Source of the DNA: Amphiscolops sp. MND2022
Taxonomy: Eukaryota
Reading direction: 5' to 3'
Length of the DNA stretch: 64,000 nucleotides
Assembly (NCBI GenBank): GCA_964187785.1
Contig: OZ076409.1
Span: forward strand, 32,614,001-32,678,000
Position numbers and translations under genes: made by a program. Each line of letters starts with the position of its first letter. Positions within the stretch are counted from its first letter, which is position 1. Shown in pieces: positions 25,611 to 37,330 of this stretch. Below the pieces are notes generated by a model that was given only the letters and a program-made list of their open reading frames with translations, ran no database searches and had not been told where the DNA came from.

Positions 25611-26889
25611 CTAAAAAACTTCGAAGTTAAATCTAAGACAATAATTTGCATTTCCAGCCTTTGTTTTGACGTTTGGCAGTTTTGGGTTTGGTTTGCTCGA
25701 ACTAAGCACTCATGAGAAGCAGTATTTGGCAAAAAGATGAAAAATACGGTTTTAAAAATACAGACGTTTTAAAACAGACTTTTCTTTTTGCTTACCGTTT
25801 CTTTTAGCTTATTGAAAATGAAGTGTTTCAAGCCGTTCAAAATGTTTTTAACATAAAACACGGTTTTGATTGAAAAAAACGGTTTCAATAACAACCCTCT
25901 TATAATTAATTTCGATTTACTTGTCTTTTTACTAGCTAAGTTACGTAATAATTTTGCAAAACAGGTGTTGAGGTGAACAGAAAAACTCACCTTTTTCCAA
26001 ATCAAATTGTTAGTGCAAAGTGGCAAATCAGATGCCATTTTTACTTTCATATTGAACGTAAAGTGCCATTTTAGAGCCGATGAAAAGATTAACAAAACGT
26101 TCAGAAGTTTAATTCTGTTTTAACAATATTTACCTTCTTGGTTTTTTCCGCTTTGTGGAATTCATTTTGAACGAGGCTCACTGTTACCCTCTTACACAGC
26201 TTGTCGTGATTGCGAATCGTTTCCAGGTCAACAGGGTAATCCATTAGAAGGACAGTTTCAGTGCTTGCATAACTGATGCACTGGACTACCGGGGGTCTTT
26301 CACGCGCCAGAACCTGGGTGAAGTTTGCCATTGCAAGGAAGAATGGGAGTGGGTTGGACTTCTCAGCATGTCTCCGGCAGTCCACATTTTCTAGCTCATC
26401 AACAAAGGTAATGAATGGCTCAGTAATTTGTCCGTTTTTGGACCCCTCAGATTGTCTTCCACAGTCTGCAGTTTCTGACTCTTTGATCTCTCAATGATAA
26501 ATATTGTTCTTTGTTCTTCATTGTTTTTTTTCTTTTGGGAAATCTACCGTGGAAAACAATGTGGTTTTCACAACTGATTTAGTTTTTTGTCAACCTTTCC
26601 GACCTACAAAACTTCAACAAAGTAAAATAAAGCATGAAAGTCATTTTTTTCAATGATTTGTTTTCGAAAGAAAAGTCTGGAGAATAGCAAATATAGTTTT
26701 CAAAAGTTCGTTTTTTCCTCATTTTCGCTTGTGTTTTGTTCAACAACCTTGTTTTGAGTGCCCCGGAGTGTTCTTTGTGGTTATCGTGAAGATTTTGAAG
26801 TGCTCTTCCTCTCAGTTGACGGAGCATTATAATCGATTGAGTTTTGAAATGAGAGATTGCGTTAAAGTGATTGAAAATTTCAGCGGAAT

Positions 26890-27215
26890 TGAGATTCAAG
26901 GTAGTTGATCGCAGAAGCAAAGTTCGTTCTGTGAAATAGAATTCGTTGAAATAAACTATCGGAACTATCGGAACTAAACTAACGTTTCTCAAATTTACTC
27001 ACGGATATAGTTAAGACTGTGAATTCCGAAAGAATAAAGATTCAAAGTAGTTGATCGCAAACGCAAAGTTGGTTCTGTGAAGTCGAATTGGTTGAACTAT
27101 TGGAGAAAAAATTTTCTCTCGTTTTTAGTTGTGTTAAGATTGAGTAGTTGTGTTCAGATTGAGATTTTTAAGGGGTTGAAGATTCAAAGTAGTTAATCGC
27201 AGAACCAAATGTGGT
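26890..27215 (+). repeat. Three-copy ~145-bp degenerate tandem repeat
   Basis: GATTCAA(A/G)GTAGTT(G/A)ATCGCA recurs at ~26893, ~27039 and ~27181. Confidence 0.75.
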
Positions 27216-27824
27216 TTTATGGGTGCTTTCGCGGACGTCTTCGATACTTATGTCCTGTCAAGTACTTGGTAATCCTTTTTTTGGTGTCAAGTACTCGACC
27301 CCTCTACGGGGCCTTCGGTCATTGTTGAATAATATGGAATATTTCATCACAATCAAAGATCCCCAAGCGTACTTTAATCGTTTAAATTTGCACTGATAAT
27401 TGCTTCCTTCCTAGTACCATGGTTGTGGCACAAGGCAGAGCTTTAAATTGTTACGCCGAGTAATTATAAATTAGTATGTCATAATCAACCAAACCACTGC
27501 CTACTTGGTTTGGTCACGTGACTAGGAAACAAGTTGAAGCAATTGCGAAGCCGTTTTGAACCCCAAAACAGTCATGGCGAATTATTGCAACTTGAGGTAA
27601 TTGCTAAAAGTCTTTTACGAGACTTGAGACGAGTTATAAAAAAGATAACCCTTTTACGAGTAACCATTCGTCAATTACTTGGTTACCCAAAAAATGACAA
27701 CAACAGTTATTCTTTCATTTATACTGTGAAAATCATCGTGAGTTGGCAAGATTGGTAAAAGTGACAAAAGGACCCAAAAAACATTTCGTTGCAAAACCAA
27801 ACTCAATTTTTGATATGAAAAATC

Positions 27825-28175
27825 CAATCGCGTTGTTATTTCATTGAAAACAGTCGAAATCACAGCGCGTTGTTATTTCATTGAAGACACTCGAAAGCAC
27901 GTCGCGTTGTTTTTCCCTTGAAATACTCGATATCACATCGCGTTGTTGTTTCATTGAAAACAATCGAAATCACACCGTGTCGTTATATCTTTGAAAAAAC
28001 TCAAAATCACACCGCGTTTTGTTATTTCATTGAAAGTACTCAAAGTCACACCGCGTTGTTCTTTCATTGAAAGACTCAAAATCACACCGCGTTTTGTTAT
28101 TCCATTGAAAGTACTCAAAGTCACACCGCGTTGTTATTTGATTGAAATACTCGAAATCACACTGCGTTTTTTCAC
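27825..28175 (-). repeat. Tandem array D of the repeat family, opposite orientation
   Basis: Units CTCGAAATCACACCGCGTTGTTATTTCATTGAAA are the reverse complement of the CAACGnGnTGTGATTTCGAG core of arrays A-C. Confidence 0.9.
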
Positions 28176-29161
28176 TGCTATTACCTTCCGAGAAATTTTT
28201 TTTTGTATTCTAGAAAGCGCTAGTCTTCGAAAGAAAAAACTAGTAAGCACAATCTCAAGATAAACTTGGTAGTCGTGTAAATGTTTGTTTTTTCATTTTG
28301 ATTCGAACATTATCTAGTCAGATTTGACTCTCCATATTCCTCTTATAGTTAGAATAAAAAATCATTCACTAGAACAATGATTTTACCAAACCATTTTATT
28401 CAAAGGTTATGTTCATTCAAGATGAAAAAAAAATTAAAACAATTAAATCCACTTCTAACTAAAAAGCCATATTACACCACAATACCATAATTCGTCGGGC
28501 AATAAAAATCTCAACGAAAAATTATATTTGCCCAGTATAAGGTAGTTTCAAAGAGAAGAATCTGTTTGGGGATCTTTGTGAAGGGTCTCAAAAATCTGAG
28601 TGAATCTAACTAACAATAAACATTATACTGCGCCTATACATTTTTTTCATTTGTACAAAAAACTATCTACAGGTAATCTACAGTATGGACATCTCTAACA
28701 ATTTCTGTACTTGCTAAGCTATCTAAAAAAGATTTTATACATTCTGTACAGGCTAAATGTAATCTATGTTCCAAATGGAAACTCAGTACTTCTACTAATG
28801 TAGAAATGTCGAAGCGAATCATGCACGAGAGGAGTTCTTCCTGAGGGGTAGTTTGTCTTTTCACCACGTCTTCTTCCGTTTTCTTCCGACTCCTAGAAAC
28901 TTGATATAAATGAACATTTTGATCGTAAAATAGATAAACTCAGGCCTATTGACTTTATTGACTTTATAAACGAATATAATTTCAAACAACTTGAAGGGAG
29001 TTTCATATACCAAGAATATAACTGAATACCCGGTTTGAACAAGTTCGTTTTTAAATTATTTGCTCTCGTGCCATTTTGAAAATTCATCGGATATACTGTT
29101 GGGGGAATACCATGGGGGATGCAAGGTTACGTACCTGGAGCTTTATTGGCCGGGTTAAGAA

Positions 29162-29173
29162 ATGATGATGATA

Positions 29174-29261
<88 letters not shown>
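29162..29261 (+). repeat. (GAT)n microsatellite, possibly the tail of a 5'-truncated non-LTR retrotransposon
   Basis: About 33 near-perfect GAT units directly after a short GC-richer segment (29095-29160). Confidence 0.9.
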
Positions 29262-29847
29262 CATCCGCAAATTATATCAGAGACGCTCCAGCAAAATCAC
29301 GATAGAATTTACAGAGAACGAATCTCGTTTGTTTTCAATGTTTCTACGGACGTGCCTGATGCTCCGTTAATTCATTTTTGAAAACAGTTCCGCTCAAAAT
29401 GATTCAGTTAAATTACAGAGAAAACTTACTTGCATACTTGTGAAATGAGACAAAAGAGACGCTAAGCGCAGTTTTCAGGTCCCTATAGGATACCCTATTG
29501 ATGAATTTTAAACAATCTGTTTTTCGTTGTTTTCTCATCGGGAATGTATTAGTTTATGAAAAAAACTATGTTTAAAATTTATTACGATTTCTTTTTTAGC
29601 TGCTTTCCTATTTTTTAAATCACCATCGTGGGTGACTATAGATACGTTATGCAGGTTTCGAAGTGCTGATACTAGACGCTAAGACTTTTTAGGACAATAA
29701 AATCGTTTCAACGAAAAACTCAAATTTTTCCGTCAACGGCTGAAAAGTACCATAAAACACAAAATAACAAGTCGAAGTAAGGTACGTATACCTAAGAACA
29801 ACTCAAAAAAGTAATGTAAGAACATTTAAAAGCAATTGTAGCCAGTT

Positions 29848-31842
29848 TTAGTATCCCAAACTCTTCATTACGTTGCAGACTTTTTTGACAGCTTTCTCAG
29901 CCAAAATGCTGGCATCCCTCTCACTGGCACTCTGGGCTTGGGCCAATTGTTTGAGCTCCCCACGTGGAATGTAGCGCATGCGGTCGCAAACTTGATGAAA
30001 CAGGAGAATGAGCTGTTTCCTCAGTGGATCGTCAGGGCCTTTGAATTTCAAAAGTTTGACACGAATCTCGGACCATATTTTGGCTTTCTTGGCAAGTGCG
30101 TCAACAGGTTCTTCTTTTGGTGGATTCTTCTTTTTGGCCTTCTTCGGTGGCTCGTACTCGTCAACATCTGGAAACGAGTCGTCATTCGTGAGTATAGGGT
30201 GTCGGATGCGCTGTTTGCTTTGTCCGAATCCTCTGTTCTGTTCTCCTCAGCTGCATCTGGGGTCACGGCGTCTCTGTCATGAATCTCTTCGTCGCATCGT
30301 TCCTCATTTTCATCTTCTCTAGCATTTATTTGATCCTCCACCTCCTCCTGAGGATCCTCAACCCCTGGCATGGGCTTTGGGGGGTCATCGTCCGCAACAT
30401 AACAGTTTTCGGGGTCCTCAATCAAGTTCAATTGTTTGTCGGGAAACTTTGTGATCTCTTCCGTTTTATGGTCTCCTTTAGGTACTTTGCTTGACAAGTG
30501 AATTTTTTGTTACTTGGATATGGAAACGCAAACTTTAGGGCCTCCCCATCTTTTTCTCGAACAAATTTTGCGATCCACTTGCGGTTTTGTTCAGTAATTC
30601 GAATGAAATTGGGGAAGTTGGACCCAGTTTTGTGCTCGAACGTTGTGAGGACTTTCTTATTCTTCATTTCATCAAAATCTTCTTTAGAAAGTTGCAACAA
30701 GGGTCCTATGCGGCAATTCGACTCCGAGTGCACCAGAAAGACCAGCAGACTCAGGTATTCCACATAAGTGAAAGCTTCCTGTGGGTGATTTTGCAGGAGT
30801 TCCTTGACCATTTGCCTGAGATGGGCAACTTGATACAGGTTGGGTACTTTGTCAAACCGCTGTATCATCCTGCTGTTGACTTCCTTTGCAGACTTTTTTG
30901 CTGTGCTTCGTAGTAGTGTCCTCAACTCTTCAGTGATCAAGCCGGGGTTGAAACGATACTCTTTCTGCTTGTAACACTTGCAATACTCAATCAGTCTAGA
31001 CAACTCGAAGAGGAACTTGCGCATGGTTTGGAAGGTGTAATTTTTCTCTAATTTAATCTGATTGAACGCAATTTTGAGGTGCATCGGCTTCCTGAAGTAT
31101 TTTGTCACATCCACAACTCTGATTAGGAATTTTTTTGGAAGCGTGTCAAGGGTTGATCTCCTGAATCAATTCGATTTCCATCGTATTCTGCGAGTAGACG
31201 ATGCACCTGGGAGATGTTTCCAGATGGTGTGGGTACATAGTCCTTGATGTCAATTGGATTCGTCCTTAGAATCCGCTCGCATACGAATAATTTGATGATT
31301 TTTGCAGGATTTTTTGTGCTTCTTTTTCCCCGTAAAACGTACACAACAGGTGTTACACTGATACACCGTTGACGTGCAGATTTGGGTCCTGTGAAACGGT
31401 AACAAAAAATTGTGATGCTTTTTTGAAAGCTGATGCGTTTTCGTCAGATGCTGTCTCATATGGGCATAATTCCTGGAGCAAATTAAACAGGCCTTGAGAC
31501 GATCCTGCTTCGGGCGGTTTCCTCTCAGAGCCAATTTTTTGCATATATCGGAACTTCATGCGGCTTGATTTTGTTTTTTTTTGGCACGACTGGCGTAGAT
31601 GTGGATTGTTCATTCTCAATTGATGGCTCGTTATCATTGTTTGGGACTTGTTCGGCGGTATTTTCTGCATTTTCGTTCTCTGCTTCTTCTAGCATCTGGC
31701 TGGTAACTCGACGAAGCGCATCGTTTGCAATTGGGGAATAACAAAGTCCAGCAACTTCTGTGAGGTTCGACAACTCATCGAATCTTCGTTCTGACATAAA
31801 TGTAAGCAAAGGTAATTTCGAAAATGGAAAAAGTTTCAACAA
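29848..31842 (-). pseudogene. C2H2 Zn finger + tyrosine recombinase gene relic (frameshifts, internal deletion)
   Basis: CLICSRNYAHMRQHLTKTH...YQCNTC Zn finger; a 228-aa ORF with ESNCRIGPLLQL (catalytic Arg), FEHKTG (Lys) and FAFP; the HxxR and Tyr region is missing; acidic linker and helical C-terminal domain follow. Confidence 0.8.
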
Positions 31843-32257
31843 TGAAAGACTGAATTTGTAAAAGTTGACAGAGCGTCTCTTGTATGTATAGTTTCTTTAC
31901 AGGCTGATGAAACAGCAACTATACGCAGTGAAAATAATGTGCAAACAAGCTCATGTGGTAATAATGCTATGACAACTCTGAACGGAGAGCTCTGATTGAT
32001 CAAAAGTGGAGAAAATGTAAGATTGAATTCATCACATGAATGACGTCATCTATGCTAGTATTATAATTCCCTACTGTCGGAACGTCTCTATTGTCTCATA
32101 ATGACATCATTCCGTCTCTATAGCCATTTGACTAAAAACGTACCACGAATTGCATATGAAAACTCAACATTCTTTTTAAATGTAGTTTTTAATTGTAAAT
32201 GAAATTTCTAAAATGAAAAAAAAATCTAATTTTCCAAAAAACATTGGATTTTTTGAC

Positions 32258-32338
32258 TAGACTATCCAACCCCCAGTAAACGGCCCCGAAGAGACGCTTT
32301 GACCCACTTTTTTGAAATTTTCAGTGTCGGATCGTCTA
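32258..32338. mobile_element. Tiny MITE-like element
   Basis: 13-bp imperfect inverted termini TAGACTATCCAAC / GTCGGATCGTCTA (2 mismatches) around an ~55-bp core. Confidence 0.4.
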
Positions 32339-33441
32339 TGATAAACATGATGGTGATGATGACTTAAAGTTAGTGCAGATCGAAAGGAGTACTTAAAACG
32401 GAATTAGTGCAGATCAACAATTTTGTAGATCAGATCAGATATAACTATAACAAGATTGATGAGAGTTCGATTTAATGATGATAATTTGATGATGATACTT
32501 CAAAACATACTTCGAATCAGTGCTTAAAACGGAATTATCGCAGATCAACAATAATGCAGATCAGATAAGCTTATCACGAGAAAGAGCAATCCATTTGCGA
32601 ACCATGTCGGGACTGAACGAATTTTTCATCGAACTACCTTGAAGTCATAATCAATACAGTAACGAACAAAAAATTTATTATGTGTACTTTTACTTATACA
32701 AAAAACTATCAATTGCTGAATGATCCTACTTTTTATGCATCTGTAGTTTTCATATTTTTGAAAGTGAGTCTTTTGAATTGTGATTTCTTTTTTGACCACC
32801 AAAAATTTCTCGTGAACAACTTCGCTTTTTTATTTCACTGGAATTCATTTCATTCGAATTTTGTATCTCAATTCCTTAGTTTCAATGTTGTTTGCTCTTA
32901 TGTTATTTGGGAATCCACCGTGACAATTTTGCAGATCAGTTAATAAAGAGTTTTTGAAGTTCAATGAATAATTACTTTGCTTTCAAACGTAAATCTAGAA
33001 TTTGTTCCATACAGAAAAAAAATTCATTTTTTTGTCTAAAAAGTTTCCCCCCAACCAGGATGGATCGCGTAATGGCGTTGTGAGTTTTGACCTTTGGAGC
33101 GTTTGCTGGGCAAATCTTCCGCTCGGCATGTTTTCTCTATTGCTGTGTTGAGCAGTTTGCTAAAGCCAGCCAAGGTTAGATGGAACCAAGACTCTAAACC
33201 AATTTCTGTTTCCGTTTGCTCTGAAAGAGGAGACATCGTTCCTCACACAGGTCTGGTACAATTCCTCCTCAGCTTTCACTGGAAGGACCGGTCGTTTATC
33301 GACGACGGTTACCATTTCCACGCCCCTCTGCTCCAGTTCACTTCTCACTTTCCGAAGATGAACCGCTTTTTGTTCTGGGGGTTTTTGATACTTGTTTACA
33401 CTTTGGAAACTTTGGAAATTTTTCTTAATTTTTTGAACTAC

Positions 33442-33777
33442 AGTAGTAGTGGAAATCCCGATACTGGCCACAAAAACCCCAAAAATTAAAAGTACTCAAA
33501 ACCATTGATTTTAAGGACTTTTTAGAAAACATATCATTGCGAAAGCTCTCGCAAATCAATGGTTTCCCGAGACGGGCTGCAAAACCCCAAAAATTAAAAG
33601 TCCGCGAAGCTACGCCAAAACCATTGATTTTAAGGACTTTTTAGAAGACAAATTATCAAAAATAGTGTTTTACCATGAAGCAAAATTCACTAACCTCTAT
33701 AGTTTAATGCCAACGTTGCAACCAGCGCTAATGTACAACCAACGTTAATGCACAACCAACGTTAATGTACAACCAGC
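33442..33777 (+). repeat. Left TIR of Polinton 1
   Basis: Reverse complement of 48172-48507 with roughly 8-9 mismatches by eye; contains an internal ~110-bp direct duplication and 17-bp CAACGTTAATGYACAAC units. Confidence 0.97.
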
Positions 33778-33799
33778 AACAATGAAAAATAACTAATGA

Positions 33800-34226
33800 A
33801 TGAACTATTTATCATTCAAAGAATTTGTTGAAAAATACGGACTAAAAAACGAAGCAAATTCTAATGTAAAACTAAAAGAAATACTTGATAGGCTTGGTGC
33901 CTCCAGCAAATTAAATATTCCATGTGGAATATACATGAGAGATGATAAGTTTAACACTACCTGTGGTATAGTTAACTTACATCCCTCAGTGGGAACACAC
34001 TGGGTTATGTTTACAAATCAAAATTATTTTGATTCATATGGATGCCCACCCCCAACTAATATACTTAATCATATTAAAAATGGTATTTATTTCAGAATAT
34101 CAAATTCAGACCAACGACAGTTATTGCGCGGCGTATTGTTTATACACACTGTATCTCACAAATAAAATTGGGTTCAAAAATGTAGTACTAAATTTATACT
34201 ACCAAACTTTCAAACTTAATAAATGA
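33800..34226 (+). pseudogene. Adenain-type cysteine (maturation) protease, one frameshift
   Basis: GIVNLHPSVGTHWV...YFDSYG (His, Asp) and, in the shifted frame, QIQTNDSYCAAYC (Gln, Cys). Confidence 0.92.
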
Positions 34227-34459
34227 AGAAAATTAATAATTATTCAACTCAATATAAAAATATCTCGCACAGCTTCGCGACAGCTAACGCACAAAATTTC
34301 ACACACAGCTCCACAGAACAGTTTCACAATCACAATCAAAATCATGGAAAAAATACAACAAATTTGCGGAAGCTATCGCATAAGAAAACATTATCAAAAG
34401 ATAGGCAAGAATTTATAAATAACATTTCCGCTAGTGGATTCAAACAATTTAATCTATAA
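34223..34459 (+). CDS. Small basic Polinton protein, unknown function
   Basis: TAAATG start; C-terminus QEFINNISASGFKQF conserved in Polinton 2 (~56330-56375). Confidence 0.6.
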   Translation: MKKINNYSTQYKNISHSFATANAQNFTHSSTEQFHNHNQNHGKNTTNLRKLSHKKTLSKDRQEFINNISASGFKQFNL

Positions 34460-34462
34460 TAA

Positions 34463-35694
34463 AAGGATCTATCCACCTTCGTAACTTATGATAAAAAAGA
34501 ATCTCTTCTTTTAAGTATTGCAAAATCTAATCAAGAAATAGTTGAAAATACTCATTCTAAACCACAAGAAACTCTAGAATTTAAAATGAATAAACAAAAA
34601 GAATCTTTCTCATTTGATGTTCCTCTCATTTTAAAAGAAAAATGGATGATGGGAGTAACAAGCTTAGAAGTATACAACACTGTATATAACATTACTGAAA
34701 AGAATAACAAACTACAAATTATTCTGAATGATCAACAACTCAAAGAACTTAATCTTGATAGTGGATTAATACTGTTTGTTGAAGATTTTTACGTTACTTA
34801 TTTTGGTAAACCTTACACACCTAGTGAGTATAATGAATTTGTAGAAAAAGCCAATAAACTTATTACTAATAGTTATTCTAAAAAGAATAAACTCACTAGA
34901 ATAGATTTTGATTATCTAACAAAGATAGTCAAATCACTCAATGAAATATACAATAATCGCCTCAACCAGGAAACAATAAACCAAGAAAAATTAACCCAAG
35001 AAAAACTAAATCGAGAAAGAATAATTAAAGCATACAAAGATCACATAAAACAGGTAAAAATAAATTGGGAAGAAATAAAGTGGGAGGAAATAATTTTGGA
35101 GGAAACAACCCAAGAAAATCACGAAGATGAAGCAAACCAAATAAATCAAATAAATTTACCCCCTTTTGACATTGTTGAAAACGATTTCTTTAAAATTTAT
35201 CTAACACCAGGAGTTTATGAACTAGTTGATATAATAATGCTGTTAAACAAAAAATTAGTGAAAGTGATTATGATTTCAAATTTGATTTAATACCTGACAC
35301 AATATCAATGAAATCAGTTTTAACAACCTCAAACAATGTTCAATTTAACTCCAAGCTCAACACAGTGTTGGGCTTTACACACACAGTGTACCCACCCGGC
35401 ACTCACACTTCAGAAAAACCCTTCATGATAACAACCACCGATAAAGTTCATCTGAAGTGCGACTGCGTAGATGGTTCAATTGTTAATGGTATACGAGAAC
35501 AAATTTTATTTTCTTTCAATTTAAGCGCACCTCCCGGATATAAAATTATAAAAGAAACCACAACTGTTTTGTACAAATCAATTAACAAAACGCGACTGGA
35601 CACCATTCAATTTTTCCTTGAGGACTCTAATCATGATTCAGTTGATTTCAACGGGGAGACACTCACCTTCACAATTCAAATTATTAAAATATGA
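34463..35694 (+). pseudogene. Minor capsid (penton) protein with large internal insertion; start ATG>AAG, one frameshift
   Basis: N-terminal FDVPLIL..W.MGVTSLEVYNTVYNI; TPGVYEL; C-terminal LGF...KVHLKCDCVDGSIVNG..EQILFSF...PPGYKI...VDFNGETLTFTI, typical of Polinton penton/PX. Confidence 0.85.
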
Positions 35695-35748
35695 TGTTGG
35701 GCGATAGCTTTCACGAAGCTCCACAAAAATGATAATTTTTTCTAATAA

Positions 35749-36267
35749 ATGAGTTATAATAATTTTATGAATAATTCATATTGTGTTGGTGGAAAACATT
35801 ATTCTCCCACCACAAATATTTATGGAGATACTACAAACACTGGGATACAGATGGGCAGGCCCGTACACACATTACGTGGCAACTGCGTAACGTGTAACAG
35901 AAAGAAGAGTCTAATTGTATCAGAACGAACAATAGATGGGGAAGGATTGGGAGACTTTTTCAAACCTTTGGGCAAAATGGGCAAGAACGTTGGAAAGAAA
36001 ATACTCAATAGCCCAGGCCGTGCACTAGAAATAGCAGCAAATATTGGAACTGCAGCAGCACGTAAAAATCCTCGAATGATAGCTGCAACTGCTCCTGATA
36101 TTATAAAATTTGTTCATCAAGGGAAAGGGTTATACAAAGCTGAAGGGCTTCGCGAAGGTTTGTCAAGTAAAGGCAGCAAAGCAGGCAGCAAAGCAGCTAA
36201 CACAAGCAACACAAACAGAAAAGCAAGAACTAATGGTGAAGGCCTGTATCTGGGGAAAATCCACTAA
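35749..36267 (+). CDS. Putative virion core/membrane-active precursor with N-terminal Zn-ribbon (DUF5679-like) and protease-type G-x-G sites
   Basis: YCVGGKH...RGNCVTCNRKKSLIV; GEG/LGDFFKPLGKMGKNVGKKIL amphipathic helix; further QGKGL and NGEGL motifs; conserved in Polinton 2. Confidence 0.65.
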   Translation: MSYNNFMNNSYCVGGKHYSPTTNIYGDTTNTGIQMGRPVHTLRGNCVTCNRKKSLIVSERTIDGEGLGDFFKPLGKMGKNVGKKILNSPGRALEIAANIGTAAARKNPRMIAATAPDIIKFVHQGKGLYKAEGLREGLSSKGSKAGSKAANTSNTNRKARTNGEGLYLGKIH

Positions 36268-36280
36268 TTATACTTAATAA

Positions 36281-37317
36281 ATGTATTCAATTCACACCCG
36301 AGATGACTTGGAAAAATTAAAAAATTTACAAGAAACAAAATCTTTAGTACGCAAAGAAAGATTAAAAGAGAAACTAGGGAAGCAAGACTTTCATTACGAT
36401 ATGGAAGAAGTTTTTGAACCTGTTACTACAAAGCAGGTGGAATCAAATGAAAAACAACTACAAGCCATTGAAAATCAGACAAGAGCAATAGAACACAATA
36501 ATAATACTCTTCAAAATTCTATTAAAGAAGGAATAAAACAAAATAATGAAATTACAAATCATAACGCGGAAGCTATCGCGGAACTTCGCAATCAACTTCT
36601 TACAAGTCTTGTTAATTCCAACCAGGTTGATTCTAGTATTGTAAAAACAGTTTCTAATTTACTTAATGACAAAAACAAAAGTCAATTTAGTTTAGAACCA
36701 ATTACGCAGAGCTTCGCACAAGACAATCCTAATTTATTCACAATTAATCCCCATAACCCACAACAAGTACTAATTAAAGGTTCAACAATGACTTTCGAGA
36801 ATGGGAATTCATACAATCTAAATGACCCAGATCTTCAATTGTTTATAAGTAATACACAATTTGACAAACAAATGAATAACTGTGACAATTTATAACTTCT
36901 TAAATGATATGAAATATGATCTAAATTATGGAGATAAAAAATCAATCAGATATTAATTTATTAAAGAATTATACTCTCGCTATCAATTACAAGCACTTGA
37001 TTCACAGGGCTACACACAAGCACATGATTCACAGAGCCAATCACAGAGCTATACACAGGGCTTCACAGGAAGTGGATTAAATGGTGAAAGCTATCGCGAA
37101 ACTTCGCGAAGTTCCACACGAAGCTCCACACAACAGTACATTTTCCTCCCATCTGACCCAGACGAATTAGTGGATCAACTGAAACTACTTTATTTTGAAA
37201 AAGTTGGAGGAAATGACAACCCTCAGCTTAATGAACAAATTATTGCAATTATAGACAAGTTATTGGAGTATGAATGCATATCACCTTCTCAACACCAAAA
37301 TATACGATGCAACTTGA
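36281..37317 (+). pseudogene. Conserved Polinton virion-associated protein (coiled coil; C-terminal LPSDPDELVDQLKLL...GND motif), disrupted
   Basis: ORF 36281-36895 plus downstream frames reading GSGLNG...YIFLPSDPDELVDQLKLLYFEKVGGNDNPQLNEQIIAIIDKLLEYECIS; homolog at 57295-58220. Confidence 0.7.
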
Positions 37318-37330
37318 TCTCCTAATCTCC

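Noticed and set aside
29119..29370. Poly-Asp protein ORF
   Set aside because: Produced by the (GAT)n microsatellite.
32390..32570. Direct repeat CTTAAAACGGAATTAnnGCAGATCAACAAT as a terminus of the YR cluster
   Set aside because: No matching copy found on the other side of the cluster; treated as a local duplication.
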